Shown here: positions 21,516-30,038 of the stretch, piece after piece
Position numbering within the stretch: the stretch's first letter is position 1
Layout: each line of letters starts with the position of its first letter
Assembly (NCBI GenBank): GCA_046331705.1
Contig: JAXLQJ010000003.1
Span: 1 to 64,000 of the forward strand
Length of the DNA stretch: 64,000 bases
Source of the DNA: a bacterium
Lineage (GTDB): Bacteria > JADJOY01
Reading direction: 5' to 3'
Notes under the pieces: model-generated
Databases searched by the model: none
What the model was told of the DNA's origin: nothing
Seen by the model: the letters and a program-made list of their open reading frames with translations, nothing else
Position numbers and translations under genes: made by a program

Positions 21516-21887
21516 ATGGACCTCCGACCGATCAAGACAAAACGCGACTATCGCCGAACGCTCACCGAGATCGAGGGTCTCATGTGCGCGCGCCGCGGCA
21601 CACCGGAAGGTGACCGACTCGATGTGCTCGTCACCCTGGTCGAAGCTTGGGAAGCGAAGCATTTCCCGATGGATCTTCCGGATCCTGTAGAGGCGATCAA
21701 GTACCGCATGGAGCAACGCGGCCTGACACCTCGCGATCTGGTGCCCTACATCGGAAGCCGCAATCGCGTCTACGAAGTACTGAATCGCAAGCGCTCGCTG
21801 ACGCTCGAGATGGTCCGGCGACTACACACCGGACTCGGCATCCCGGCCGAGTCGTTGATCAAGGCACCTACGAAGCGCGCCGCCTGA
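21516..21887 (+). CDS. higA: Type II TA antitoxin, HigA family (XRE HTH)
   Basis: RPIKTKRDY...GTPEGDRLDVLVTLVEAWE...PDPVEAIKYRMEQRGL...VYEVLNRKRSLTLEM; RBS GAGGAG. Confidence 0.93.
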   Translation: MDLRPIKTKRDYRRTLTEIEGLMCARRGTPEGDRLDVLVTLVEAWEAKHFPMDLPDPVEAIKYRMEQRGLTPRDLVPYIGSRNRVYEVLNRKRSLTLEMVRRLHTGLGIPAESLIKAPTKRAA

Positions 21888-22025
21888 CTTGCGCGCCCTG
21901 CGGTGCGCCGCGGTGGGCGCGGCACTGTGAACGTGAGGGCGCAACGCCGCGGCAGCTCGGCGTGAATCCTCGAGCGATCTCGCGATCTCGCACTCGGCAC
22001 GCGAGGTGCTTCGCGTACGTGCGCC

Positions 22026-22979
22026 ATGGCGCGACCGCTTCGCTGGCTGCGGCCCGACACGGTCTGGTTCGTCACGAACCGAATCCACCAACGCAGGCTG
22101 CTCTTGCGGGGCGACGACGAGTGCAACGCGCTCGTCGGGCTGTGGCTCGCGCGAGCGTTGCGCCGATTCCCCGGCGTGACGCTCTTCGGGTTTGTGAGCA
22201 TGGGCAACCACCTGCACGTGCTCGCCAAGGATACGGGGGGCGACCTCTCCGCATTCATGCACTACCTGGCCACGAACCTGGCGAAGGCCGTCAATCAGCT
22301 CCGCGACCGTGAGGGACACGTCTTCGACCGGCGGTTCTCCGCCGAGCCCGTCCTCGACAAGGAAGCCGAGCTCGGACGGTTGCTCTATCTCGTGACCAAT
22401 CCCGTGAGCGCGGGCCTCGTTCCCGAGAGCTCGGCGTGGCCCGGTGTGCTGCTTTTGGCACGGGAGGGGAAGGAACAAGCGCACACGTTCCGCTGGTGGA
22501 GTCGCCAGCGCTACGAGAACGCGCTGCGCAACGCCGCACGGCTCGGTGCTTTGGGGCACGAAGTGCTCGGCGTGACGGTGAGCCCGGACGATTTCTGGGA
22601 AGAAGAGACCGTCGTCGTCCATCCCCTCGAAGACCTCCACGAGATCGGCATCGAGCCCGAGCGCGTGATCGATCGGGTGCGCAATCGCGAGCGAGCGATC
22701 CACGCCGAGCGCCGCGGCAAGCCATTTCTCGGCGCCGCCACTGTGCTCCGGCAAGACCCGCGCACTCGGCCGAAGCGATCGAGTCGATCGCCGAGGCCAC
22801 TCTGTCACGCGAGCGCCGACCTCGTGCGCAAGACCTTCCGCTCTCTCTACCGAAGCTTCCGTCGAGCGTTCTGGAGTGCCGCCGAGGCGCTCCGCGCCGG
22901 CGAGCTCGACGTTCGCTTCCCGAGCTGGTCGTTCCCGCCGTGGCGGCCGCTGGTACGCGTCGTCGAAGACACCACGTAG
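22026..22979 (+). mobile_element. HUH Y1 transposase, REP-associated tyrosine transposase (RAYT)-like
   Basis: WFVTNR, MGNHLHVL (HUH), GHVFDRRF, YLVTNPVSAGLV (catalytic Tyr, NPV.AG); no tnpB adjacent. Confidence 0.85.
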
Positions 22980-23129
22980 CCGATCGCGCCGCCCGGCGCA
23001 CGCCTGACGCGCTCGCTCATGCCGAGCGCGATCGGTGAGGCATGCCTACTCCGCGACACTGGGCGTGGACGGGATGCGCGTCCGCAGCGCTTGATGTGGC
23101 TCCTCGGGCTTCGAAATCACCGAATCCCG

Positions 23130-23475
23130 GGCAAGAAGCCCTCCGGGCGCGCGATGTCGCACGCCCCCGTGGGTGGCTCCACTTCAAAGGTGTATGGCAC
23201 CGGACGTCCCGGGGCCCACCCCATTCGAGAGCAACACCTGCACACCCACCGGTGCCACGTCCCCGCCAAAGTACGGCAGGTGCGTCAGCGCCAGGTCCGC
23301 GTAGCCGTCGCCGTTGAGATCCCCAAACGCGAGGTCCGTGGGGTAATCGCCCACGGGGATGGGGCAACGTCCGCAGCTTCAAAGGTGTGTGGCACCGAAC
23401 GTCCGCGGCAAGAAGCCCTCCGGGCGCGCGATGTCGCACGCCCCCGTGGGTGGCTCCACTTCAAAGGTGTATGGC
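23130..23475 (+). repeat. 69-bp perfect direct repeat (23130-23198 and 23407-23475)
   Basis: GGCAAGAAGCCCTCCGGGCGCGCGATGTCGCACGCCCCCGTGGGTGGCTCCACTTCAAAGGTGTATGGC occurs twice. Confidence 0.95.
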
Positions 23476-23506
23476 GCCCACTTCGGCCTCAAGGGTGTGT
23501 GGCACC
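23182..23506 (+). repeat. Four copies of a 20-bp REP-like motif CYTCAARGGTGTRTGGCRCC
   Basis: Copies at 23182-23201, 23377-23396, 23459-23478 and 23487-23506; imperfect palindrome GGTG...CACC; directly downstream of the RAYT-like gene. Confidence 0.8.
23214..23365 (-). pseudogene. 152-bp diverged copy of an FG-GAP segment of the adjacent Rhs gene (25274-25425)
   Basis: Ungapped alignment, 9 mismatches counted by eye, mostly third-position; encodes PIPVGDYPTDLAFGDLNGDGYADLALTHLPYFGGDVAPVGVQVLLSNGVG. Confidence 0.92.
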
Positions 23507-23725
23507 CGCTTCTCGCCCCTTCCGACGAAACCACCGCTCGGACGCGCAAAGCACGAGCCGCGAAACGCCAACAGAAACCCCCAGTGACACTAACAGCCAC
23601 ATACTCTTCGACAGTTGGTGCTGAAGCTGGGTCGCAGCCACCACTCCCACCGCCACACCGCACAACGAGGAGATTGGAACCACATATCTATATGCGGTGC
23701 GCGCGCACCAAGGTTGCCTAGTCAT
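23489..23725 (-). CDS. Small putative two-TM protein (possible orphan immunity gene)
   Basis: 78 aa, two hydrophobic segments, lower GC; stop falls inside the last REP-like copy. Confidence 0.35.
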   Translation of the reverse strand: MTRQPWCARTAYRYVVPISSLCGVAVGVVAATQLQHQLSKSMWLLVSLGVSVGVSRLVLCASERWFRRKGREAGATHP

Positions 23726-23852
23726 GCGTTGCGCCTTCGTTGGCAGTCATGCATTCAAAATTATACTTACCCTTGGACCTGCAGACGAAATTTCAGAGGA
23801 CAATAGTGACTATTGTATCTCAAAATGATTGACATCAATTTGGAAAACGAGG

Positions 23853-24254
23853 TCAACCTGACTGGCGCACATCGTCGAGATGCCCTTCAGACGCGTGCGG
23901 CAACCCTGCATCCCGACAGATGCGCCTCCTGCCTTGGCGCACGGCAGCGAACAACAGACAAGGTCCGCGCTCATCCATAGCCGAAGCGAGCACGCGCCAG
24001 GGGACTCTGCGAAATCGAAGATCAACAAAAACAAGAAAGAGATCGAGCAAAACATAGACGACGGAAGCATAGCCAACCGCAGACTCAAGAAAGCGGCACA
24101 CAAGCGCAACATTAGAATTCGACGCCGGGCCGTAGACGAAGTCGCCAATGATCGACAGTGGCACGGTTAGCCCTGCAGCAACAGCGACAACCCATATTGA
24201 GTTGAGGCGCCAGGCTGGAACGCTGATATCGTGTTTAATGTTATCTAAATTCAT
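23853..24254 (-). CDS. Putative membrane immunity protein for the Rhs toxin
   Basis: Starts 2 nt after the Rhs stop, shares its low GC, has two hydrophobic segments. Confidence 0.55.
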   Translation of the reverse strand: MNLDNIKHDISVPAWRLNSIWVVAVAAGLTVPLSIIGDFVYGPASNSNVALVCRFLESAVGYASVVYVLLDLFLVFVDLRFRRVPWRVLASAMDERGPCLLFAAVRQGRRRICRDAGLPHASEGHLDDVRQSG

Positions 24255-24256
24255 AG

Positions 24257-26150
24257 CTATGCCTTACAAGGCTTATCATCAGTGCACTTTGGCGGTCGGT
24301 GCTCAATTCCGCCGGGATCCGTGAAGACTACGCGTCCGCTTGAGGTACAAGATGGAAACTCAAACTTCCAGCAACACGCCTGTTTATCAATATCGTAATT
24401 AATATTGCATTGATTTCTTATAATTGCCACAGCAGCGCACATCGTGAGCGAGCAGGCAAGCGCGCAATCCTTCTTGAGTGGCCCAGCTTTTTTGCATCCG
24501 GCGAGACACTCGGCGCATTGAGCAGCGACGATATTTGCCGTGAGCTTGCAAAGGGCATATTGATCTTCTGCATCACGAAGGCATCCGCGATCACAGCCCT
24601 CAACTTTTATTGTTGTAGGCTCTAAACCGGTGAGGTCCATAGTTGTCAACGGATCGTTCCTGCCATACGTATAAGCTGCTAGCGCCGCAGGTCGCGAAAT
24701 CGGCATCGGCTGTATCGAAGACAACTCCAGCGGATCGAATTGAAGATAGCGACCCACGTCGCCCGCAAACTGTCGCCACCAACTATAGTTCTGCCCACTC
24801 TCCCCATCCTCATACTGCCCCGGGAACCGGAACGCGTTGACCACATCCTCGATCGGCGTCGTGGCCTCCCCGAAGGGCTGGTAGTAGCCCTTCCACACCA
24901 CCAGCCCCGCCTGGTCCGTCATCACCTGCGGCGTCCCCAAGTGGTCGTTGTGGTACCAGTAAGGCCGGTTGTTCGCCACCGTGGACGGTAGCGGAAACGC
25001 CGCCGGCACCACGTCCGTCACCGTGAGCGGGCTCGCCGACGCCACCCGCAGCCCATCCACCCGCTTCCGCGGCGCGGGCCGCTCCCGCGCGAACATCACC
25101 TTCGGACGCGCGCGCTCGTTCGAGGCCACGTTCAGGTAGTTCCGCAGCACCGTCACCTGCGAGGTCGCCACGTCCGCGTCCACCATGTCGTTCAAGCCGT
25201 CGCCGTTCACGTCGGTGATCACCAGGCTGAACGGAGCCCAGCCCGTGAACGTCTCCTCCGGCCCCAGGAACCCGCCCACCCCGTTCGAGAGCAACACCTG
25301 CACACCCACCGGGGCGATGTCGCCATCAAAGTACGGCAGGTGCGTCAGCGCCAGGTCCGCGTAGCCGTCGCCGTTGAGATCCCCGAACGCGAGGTCCGTC
25401 GGGTAATCGCCCACGGGGATGGGGCTGTCGGCGGCGAAGGTACCCGTGCCGTCGTTCAAGAACCGCGACACCCAGCCCGCCGGCGGTGGGTCCTGCGCCA
25501 AGCCGGTCTCGTCGAAATAGAACCCCGAGTTGCCCGTGGCCACGTCTGCGTCGCCGTCGTTGTCCAGATCCGCGATCAGCACCGAGCGCGGCTTGGTGCC
25601 CTGCGCGATCGAGAGCGCGGCGCCAAGCTCCAGCCCGGGGCTCGCCTCGATGCTGCGCACGACCTGCACGGTACCCGAGTCCAGCGCCACCGCGAAGTCC
25701 GTCCGCCCGTCCCCGTCCACATCGCCACCGGCCGCCAGCGCCAGCGCCGGAACGGTCGCCGAGATCACCTTCTTCTTCGAATCCGCGAACGTGCCGTTGC
25801 CGTGCCCGGGGAAGAGCCGGAACACCGTCTCCCCGGTGGCCGCCTGCCCCACCACCGCGAGGTCCGCGTGGCTGTCCCCAGGGGTGAAGAGCCCCGCTGC
25901 CAGCAGGTACGGGGACACCGACTCCGCCGGGTTGAAGACCGTGGGGGCGTCGAACGTGCCGTCGCCATTCCCGTACGCGATCTCGTAGCGCTCGAGCGCC
26001 GGGTTCGGCCACACCAGGTCGGCATTGCCGTCCTCATCGAAGTCCGCCGTCGCCAGCGCGAGCGAAGGCGAGGCACCGAACGAAGCGGACTGCGTGTACG
26101 CCCCTTGGCCGTTGCCGAGGAGCACGGTCACCTGCCCCGACGATGTGTTG
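24257..26150 (-). CDS. 5'-truncated FG-GAP-repeat / Rhs-core polymorphic toxin with Cys-rich C-terminal domain
   Basis: FG-GAP repeats (ADFDEDGNADL, GDVDGDGRTDF, ADLDNDGDADV, GDLNGDGYADL); Rhs core YHNDHLGTPQ...FRFPGQY...GRYLQFDP...YGRNDPLTTMDLTGL; GC drops at about 24790. The ORF runs to ATG 26218 but recognisable sequence starts near 26150. Confidence 0.88.
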
Positions 26151-26306
26151 AGCTTCGAGCGATCCTTTCGCGGCGCGCTCGGTTGTCGCTGATCAGCGAG
26201 CGATGTCGACTCGCTCACGAGCTGCTGCTCGGCGCAGCTCGCGTATGGCGCCGACCATGCGGGCGATGTGGCTTGCCCGGTGCAACCCGTGTGCAGCCGA
26301 CCGCGC

Positions 26307-26332
26307 GGTGTCGAGCGTCCCTTCTCGACACC
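26307..26332 (-). terminator. Hairpin just downstream of the GAF regulator stop
   Basis: GGTGTCGAG-N8-CTCGACACC 9-bp stem; no clear U-tract. Confidence 0.35.
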
Positions 26333-26335
26333 CCG

Positions 26336-27724
26336 TCACGCGCGTTCGACGAGCTGGTAGTCGGCCCCCAGCTCGAGCCGGAAGCGTCCGCGCCCCGCGG
26401 GCACCAGCTGGATCGCCGGACAGCGCTCGGCGAGACGCCGTCGCAGCAGGATGAGGCGGCTCTCGAGGTTGTCCTTGAAGTCGGGGAGCTGAAGCGACTT
26501 GTCGAGGCGGAGCTGACGGTTGGTGAACTCGACGCGCCCCTCGGTGCGGTGCTCGTCGAGGATCTTGCGCAGGATCTTCGCGGGCAGGCTGCGCACCAGG
26601 TACTCGCCGTCCACGAGCACGCACTCGTCCTGCTGGTAGTACGCGACCTCGAGCGCCTGTCGCGCGGGGGCGCGCTCCGGCGCACGCGGCGGCGGGGCGC
26701 TCGGCGCGCTGGGCGGCTCGGCTTCCTCGGCGCGCTCGCGCAAGAGCGCGTTCTGGATGGCGATCGCCAGATAGCCGCCCAAGACCTCGAGGTACGCGCG
26801 GTCCTCCTCGTGGAACCGGTACGATCGATCGGACTCGATGCAGAGCACCCCGATCAGCTCGTCGCGCACCACGAGCGGGATGCCGAGCTGGCTCGAGGGC
26901 TCGGCGAGCCCCGGCAACGCGATCCGCCGGTCCTGCGGGCAGAGGCCTTTGCGCTGCGCGTTGGCGGCCACCGCGTTGGCGTAGAGCATGTGTCGCAGGA
27001 GCCCTGCGATCCGGATCGGCTTACGCGCCTCGGCCACCAGACCAACGATCCCTTCCCCGAGCCGCACCTCGGAGCCCACGCCGCCCTCCGGATAGCCGCG
27101 GCTCGCGAAGAGCTCGAGGGTGTCCGAGCGCTCGGACATCAGCAGGATCATCGAGTGGCGGAAGCCGAAGATCCGCTCCAGCGTTTCGAGCACCGAGTCG
27201 AGGAGCGCGTCGAGGCTGGGTGATTGCTGGAGCTGCTCGGAGAAGGACTTGAGCGCCGTCATCGTGAACGGCACGCCCGCCGCCGTCGCGCTCGAACGCT
27301 TAGCGCGCTTGGCGGGCAGCCGCCCCACCTCGTGCTCGATCGGCGTGATCGAGAGCACCTCGTAGATGTCCGCGCCGAGCAGCCGGAAGATCCCCTTGAG
27401 CCCCGAGTACGACGCGATGGCCTCGATCCGCAGCCGCATCGAGTCGAAGAGCGGCCCTTCGGTCTCGGTGCGCTCGAAGCGCAGCTCGAGCGCGTACACC
27501 TGGAACGTGTCGGGGTCGTAGAGACGCACCAGCGCCCGCGGGTTCTCCATCACGTTGCGCTTGCTCTTGTTGAAGAACTGGAACGAGAGCGCGACGTGGC
27601 GCGAGTCGACGTAGTCCACGTGGCTCAGGATCGCCACGTTGGGGATGCCGTCCTTCGAGCAAGTGCAGAGCCACGACGGGATCAGCCCTTGAAAGCACGC
27701 GCCGAGACTCTCGAGGCGGATCAT
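26336..27724 (-). CDS. PNPOx-like + GAF + C-terminal winged-HTH putative transcriptional regulator
   Basis: CFQGLIPS..CTCSKDGIPN...ALSFQFFNK; GAF GEGIVGLVA...LIGVLCIES; C-terminal FTNRQLRLD...KDNLESRLILLRRRL...GRGRFRL. Confidence 0.85.
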   Translation of the reverse strand: MIRLESLGACFQGLIPSWLCTCSKDGIPNVAILSHVDYVDSRHVALSFQFFNKSKRNVMENPRALVRLYDPDTFQVYALELRFERTETEGPLFDSMRLRIEAIASYSGLKGIFRLLGADIYEVLSITPIEHEVGRLPAKRAKRSSATAAGVPFTMTALKSFSEQLQQSPSLDALLDSVLETLERIFGFRHSMILLMSERSDTLELFASRGYPEGGVGSEVRLGEGIVGLVAEARKPIRIAGLLRHMLYANAVAANAQRKGLCPQDRRIALPGLAEPSSQLGIPLVVRDELIGVLCIESDRSYRFHEEDRAYLEVLGGYLAIAIQNALLRERAEEAEPPSAPSAPPPRAPERAPARQALEVAYYQQDECVLVDGEYLVRSLPAKILRKILDEHRTEGRVEFTNRQLRLDKSLQLPDFKDNLESRLILLRRRLAERCPAIQLVPAGRGRFRLELGADYQLVERA

Positions 27725-28188
27725 TCGAATCGCTCGCCGGCGCCCGGCCCGGGCGTCTGCTCGAAGCAGTCCGTGACGCGGAACACCACCGCGACGCACG
27801 GCCACGACTGCCACCCCGCGCTCATCGCAGGCGGGATCCCGATCGTCTCCAGCTCGCGAACGAACCCGGCGAGCTGGCGCTCGACCTCGGCGCGCTCCGC
27901 GACGCGCGCGCGCCGCGACGACACGAAGCGCCCCTTGAGCTGGATCGCCCGGTGGCTCGTGGGCCGGTCGAAGAGCGCCGCGATCTCCGCGTGCTCCTCG
28001 AGCTTGCGCAGCAAGGGCGGCGCCGCCTTCTCGTGGACGTAGAGCGTCACGTGCGCCCGATCGTCGTGCACCCGCGCCGCGCACGCCGGCGCGCCATCCG
28101 GACGCAGCTCGCCGTCGCGGCACGCCACGGTGATCGAGAGCCCGCCTTCCACGAAGGCGACCAGCTCCTCGGAGATCGGCCCGTTCAT
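27721..28188 (-). CDS. Pyridoxamine-5'-phosphate-oxidase-like (split barrel) protein
   Basis: SITVACRDGELRP, PTSHRAIQLKG, FEQTPGPGAG; ATGA overlap with the downstream GAF gene. Confidence 0.85.
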   Translation of the reverse strand: MNGPISEELVAFVEGGLSITVACRDGELRPDGAPACAARVHDDRAHVTLYVHEKAAPPLLRKLEEHAEIAALFDRPTSHRAIQLKGRFVSSRRARVAERAEVERQLAGFVRELETIGIPPAMSAGWQSWPCVAVVFRVTDCFEQTPGPGAGERFE

Positions 28189-28213
28189 CGACAGTTTCCC
28201 CGTCCCGCGCTGC

Positions 28214-28246
28214 AGCTTAGGAAAAGCTTAGGAAAAGTCTAAGGAA
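28214..28246. promoter_or_regulatory. Three 11-bp-period direct repeats in a divergent promoter
   Basis: AGCTTAGGAAA AGCTTAGGAAA AGTCTAAGGAA; AT-rich patch in GC-rich DNA. Confidence 0.75.
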
Positions 28247-28334
28247 GTTTGAGCAACCGCGTCCTCCGCGCGGGATTACGGTCGGTGCGTCGGCGAGATC
28301 CGCCGCACACGAACCCGAAACCGAGGAGGAAGCG

Positions 28335-28913
28335 ATGAAGAAGCAGCGAGTCTCGACCCGTCACCTGGCCGCCGCAATCACCCTCGCAGCGAGCGCGATC
28401 AGCGCTCCCCTGGGCGCATCGCGGGCGATCGCCGCGGAATCCGGCGACGTCGCACGCGGTGCCTACCTGGCGAAGATCATGGCCTGCAACGACTGCCACA
28501 CGCCGTGGAAGATGGGCGCCGCCGGACCCGAGCCGGACATGTCGCGGATGCTGTCGGGACACCCGCAGGACCTCGCCATGCCCGCGGCTCCCGCGGTGGG
28601 CGCCGGCCCCTGGGGCTGGGCGGGCGCGGCGACCAACACCGCGTTCGCCGGCCCGTGGGGCGTGAGCTTCACGGCCAACCTGACCCCCGACGCCGAGACC
28701 GGTCTCGGCAAGTGGACCGCCGAGACGTTCATCCAGGCGATCCGCAGCGGCCGCCACGAAGGTCAGGGCCGCCCGATCCTGCCGCCGATGCCCTACCCGC
28801 AATACCGCAACGCGAGCGACGACGACTTGCGCGCGCTGTTCGCGTTCCTGCGCTCGATCCCGCCGGTCCGCAACCGCGTGCCGCAGCCGATCGATCCACC
28901 CGACGCGCCGTGA
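28335..28913 (+). CDS. Periplasmic c-type cytochrome
   Basis: RBS GAGGAGG, signal peptide, RGAYL...CNDCHTP, ANLTPD.ETGLG.W, PPMP...DDDLRALFAFL. Confidence 0.92.
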   Translation: MKKQRVSTRHLAAAITLAASAISAPLGASRAIAAESGDVARGAYLAKIMACNDCHTPWKMGAAGPEPDMSRMLSGHPQDLAMPAAPAVGAGPWGWAGAATNTAFAGPWGVSFTANLTPDAETGLGKWTAETFIQAIRSGRHEGQGRPILPPMPYPQYRNASDDDLRALFAFLRSIPPVRNRVPQPIDPPDAP

Positions 28914-28935
28914 TGGGCGCCACGGGAGAACGGCG

Positions 28936-30021
28936 ATGAGATCGAGCTCAGCAGGCGCGTTCCGGCGCGCGTCGGGTGCGATCACGACGGTGCTCGCCGT
29001 CGCGGTCGCCCTCGTCCGCCCGGGGTCCAGCAGCGCACAAGACGCGCTCTCCGAGCCGCCGGCGCGGCTCTCCGAGACCGGCCTCTACGGTGCCGACGGC
29101 CGAGTCGACCCGCGGCATCTCGCCTACACGCCGCAATACCCGCTCTGGACCGACGGTGCGACGAAGTCGCGCTGGATCGCGCTGCCGCTGGGCGCGAAGG
29201 TGGACGTGAGCGACGTCGACGCCTGGCGACTCCCCGTGGGCACCAAGCTCTGGAAGGAGTTCGCGTGGAACGGCCGCAAGGTCGAGACTCGCATGCTCTG
29301 GAGATCCGGCGAGGAGCGCTGGACCTTCGCCAGCTACCTGTGGGACGAGGACCAGCGCGAGGCGTGGCTCGCGCCCGCGGAGGGTGTGCCGCGGGCGAGC
29401 GAGATCGCGCCGGGGCGCTGGCACTCCATCCCGTCGCACAGCGACTGTCAGGCGTGCCACGGGTCGGCGCCGGCGCGAGCGCTGGGATTCGGCGCGTTGC
29501 AGCTCTCCGACGATCGCGATCCGCTGGCGCCACACGCAGAACCGCTGCGCTCCGGGCAGGCGACGTTGCGCTCACTGGTCGAGGCCGACCTCCTCGACCC
29601 GCCGCGTCCCGAGCTGGTCGATCACCCGCCACGGATCCGCGCCACCGATCCAACGGCGCGTGCCGCGCTCGGCTACCTCTCCACCAACTGCGGCGGCTGC
29701 CATAACGCCACGAGCCCGCTCGCCCGGCTCGGGCTCGAGCTGCACCACGACGTGGCCGGCGATCCCGCCTCGCCCGAGCCCGCCGAGCGCACCACCGTGA
29801 ACGTGGCACCCGCGCGGTTCACGATGCCGGGCGTCCCCGCGGAGCGCGTGCGGCTCGTGGCGCCCGGAGTCCCCGAGGAGAGCGCCCTGCTCTACCGCAT
29901 GCGCTCGCGCCGCCCGTCGTCGCAGATGCCGCCGCTCGGCACGACGATCGTCGACGAGGAAGCCGTGGCGCTCCTGACCCGCTGGATCACCGATCTGGGG
30001 CGCTCCGCGACGCGCGACTGA
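28936..30021 (+). CDS. Secreted diheme c-type cytochrome (SO2930-like)
   Basis: LSETGLY, YTPQYPLWTDGATKSRW, KEF...VETR, CQACH and CGGCH, QMPPLG. Confidence 0.85.
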   Translation: MRSSSAGAFRRASGAITTVLAVAVALVRPGSSSAQDALSEPPARLSETGLYGADGRVDPRHLAYTPQYPLWTDGATKSRWIALPLGAKVDVSDVDAWRLPVGTKLWKEFAWNGRKVETRMLWRSGEERWTFASYLWDEDQREAWLAPAEGVPRASEIAPGRWHSIPSHSDCQACHGSAPARALGFGALQLSDDRDPLAPHAEPLRSGQATLRSLVEADLLDPPRPELVDHPPRIRATDPTARAALGYLSTNCGGCHNATSPLARLGLELHHDVAGDPASPEPAERTTVNVAPARFTMPGVPAERVRLVAPGVPEESALLYRMRSRRPSSQMPPLGTTIVDEEAVALLTRWITDLGRSATRD

Positions 30022-30038
30022 GCCTCCGCCGTTCGGGC

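Noticed and set aside
22026-22979. IS200/IS605 element with TnpB/omega RNA
   Set aside because: No tnpB; length and the NPV.AG motif fit RAYT-like proteins better.
23182-23506. CRISPR array from the four 20-bp repeats
   Set aside because: Gaps are 175, 62 and 8 nt, one gap is itself repeated sequence, and no cas genes are present.
23214-25425. Diversity-generating retroelement TR/VR pair
   Set aside because: Mismatches are not adenine-specific on either strand, are mostly third-position, and there is no reverse transcriptase.
21203-26200. Integron cassette array
   Set aside because: No integron integrase and no recognisable attC sites; genes lie on both strands.
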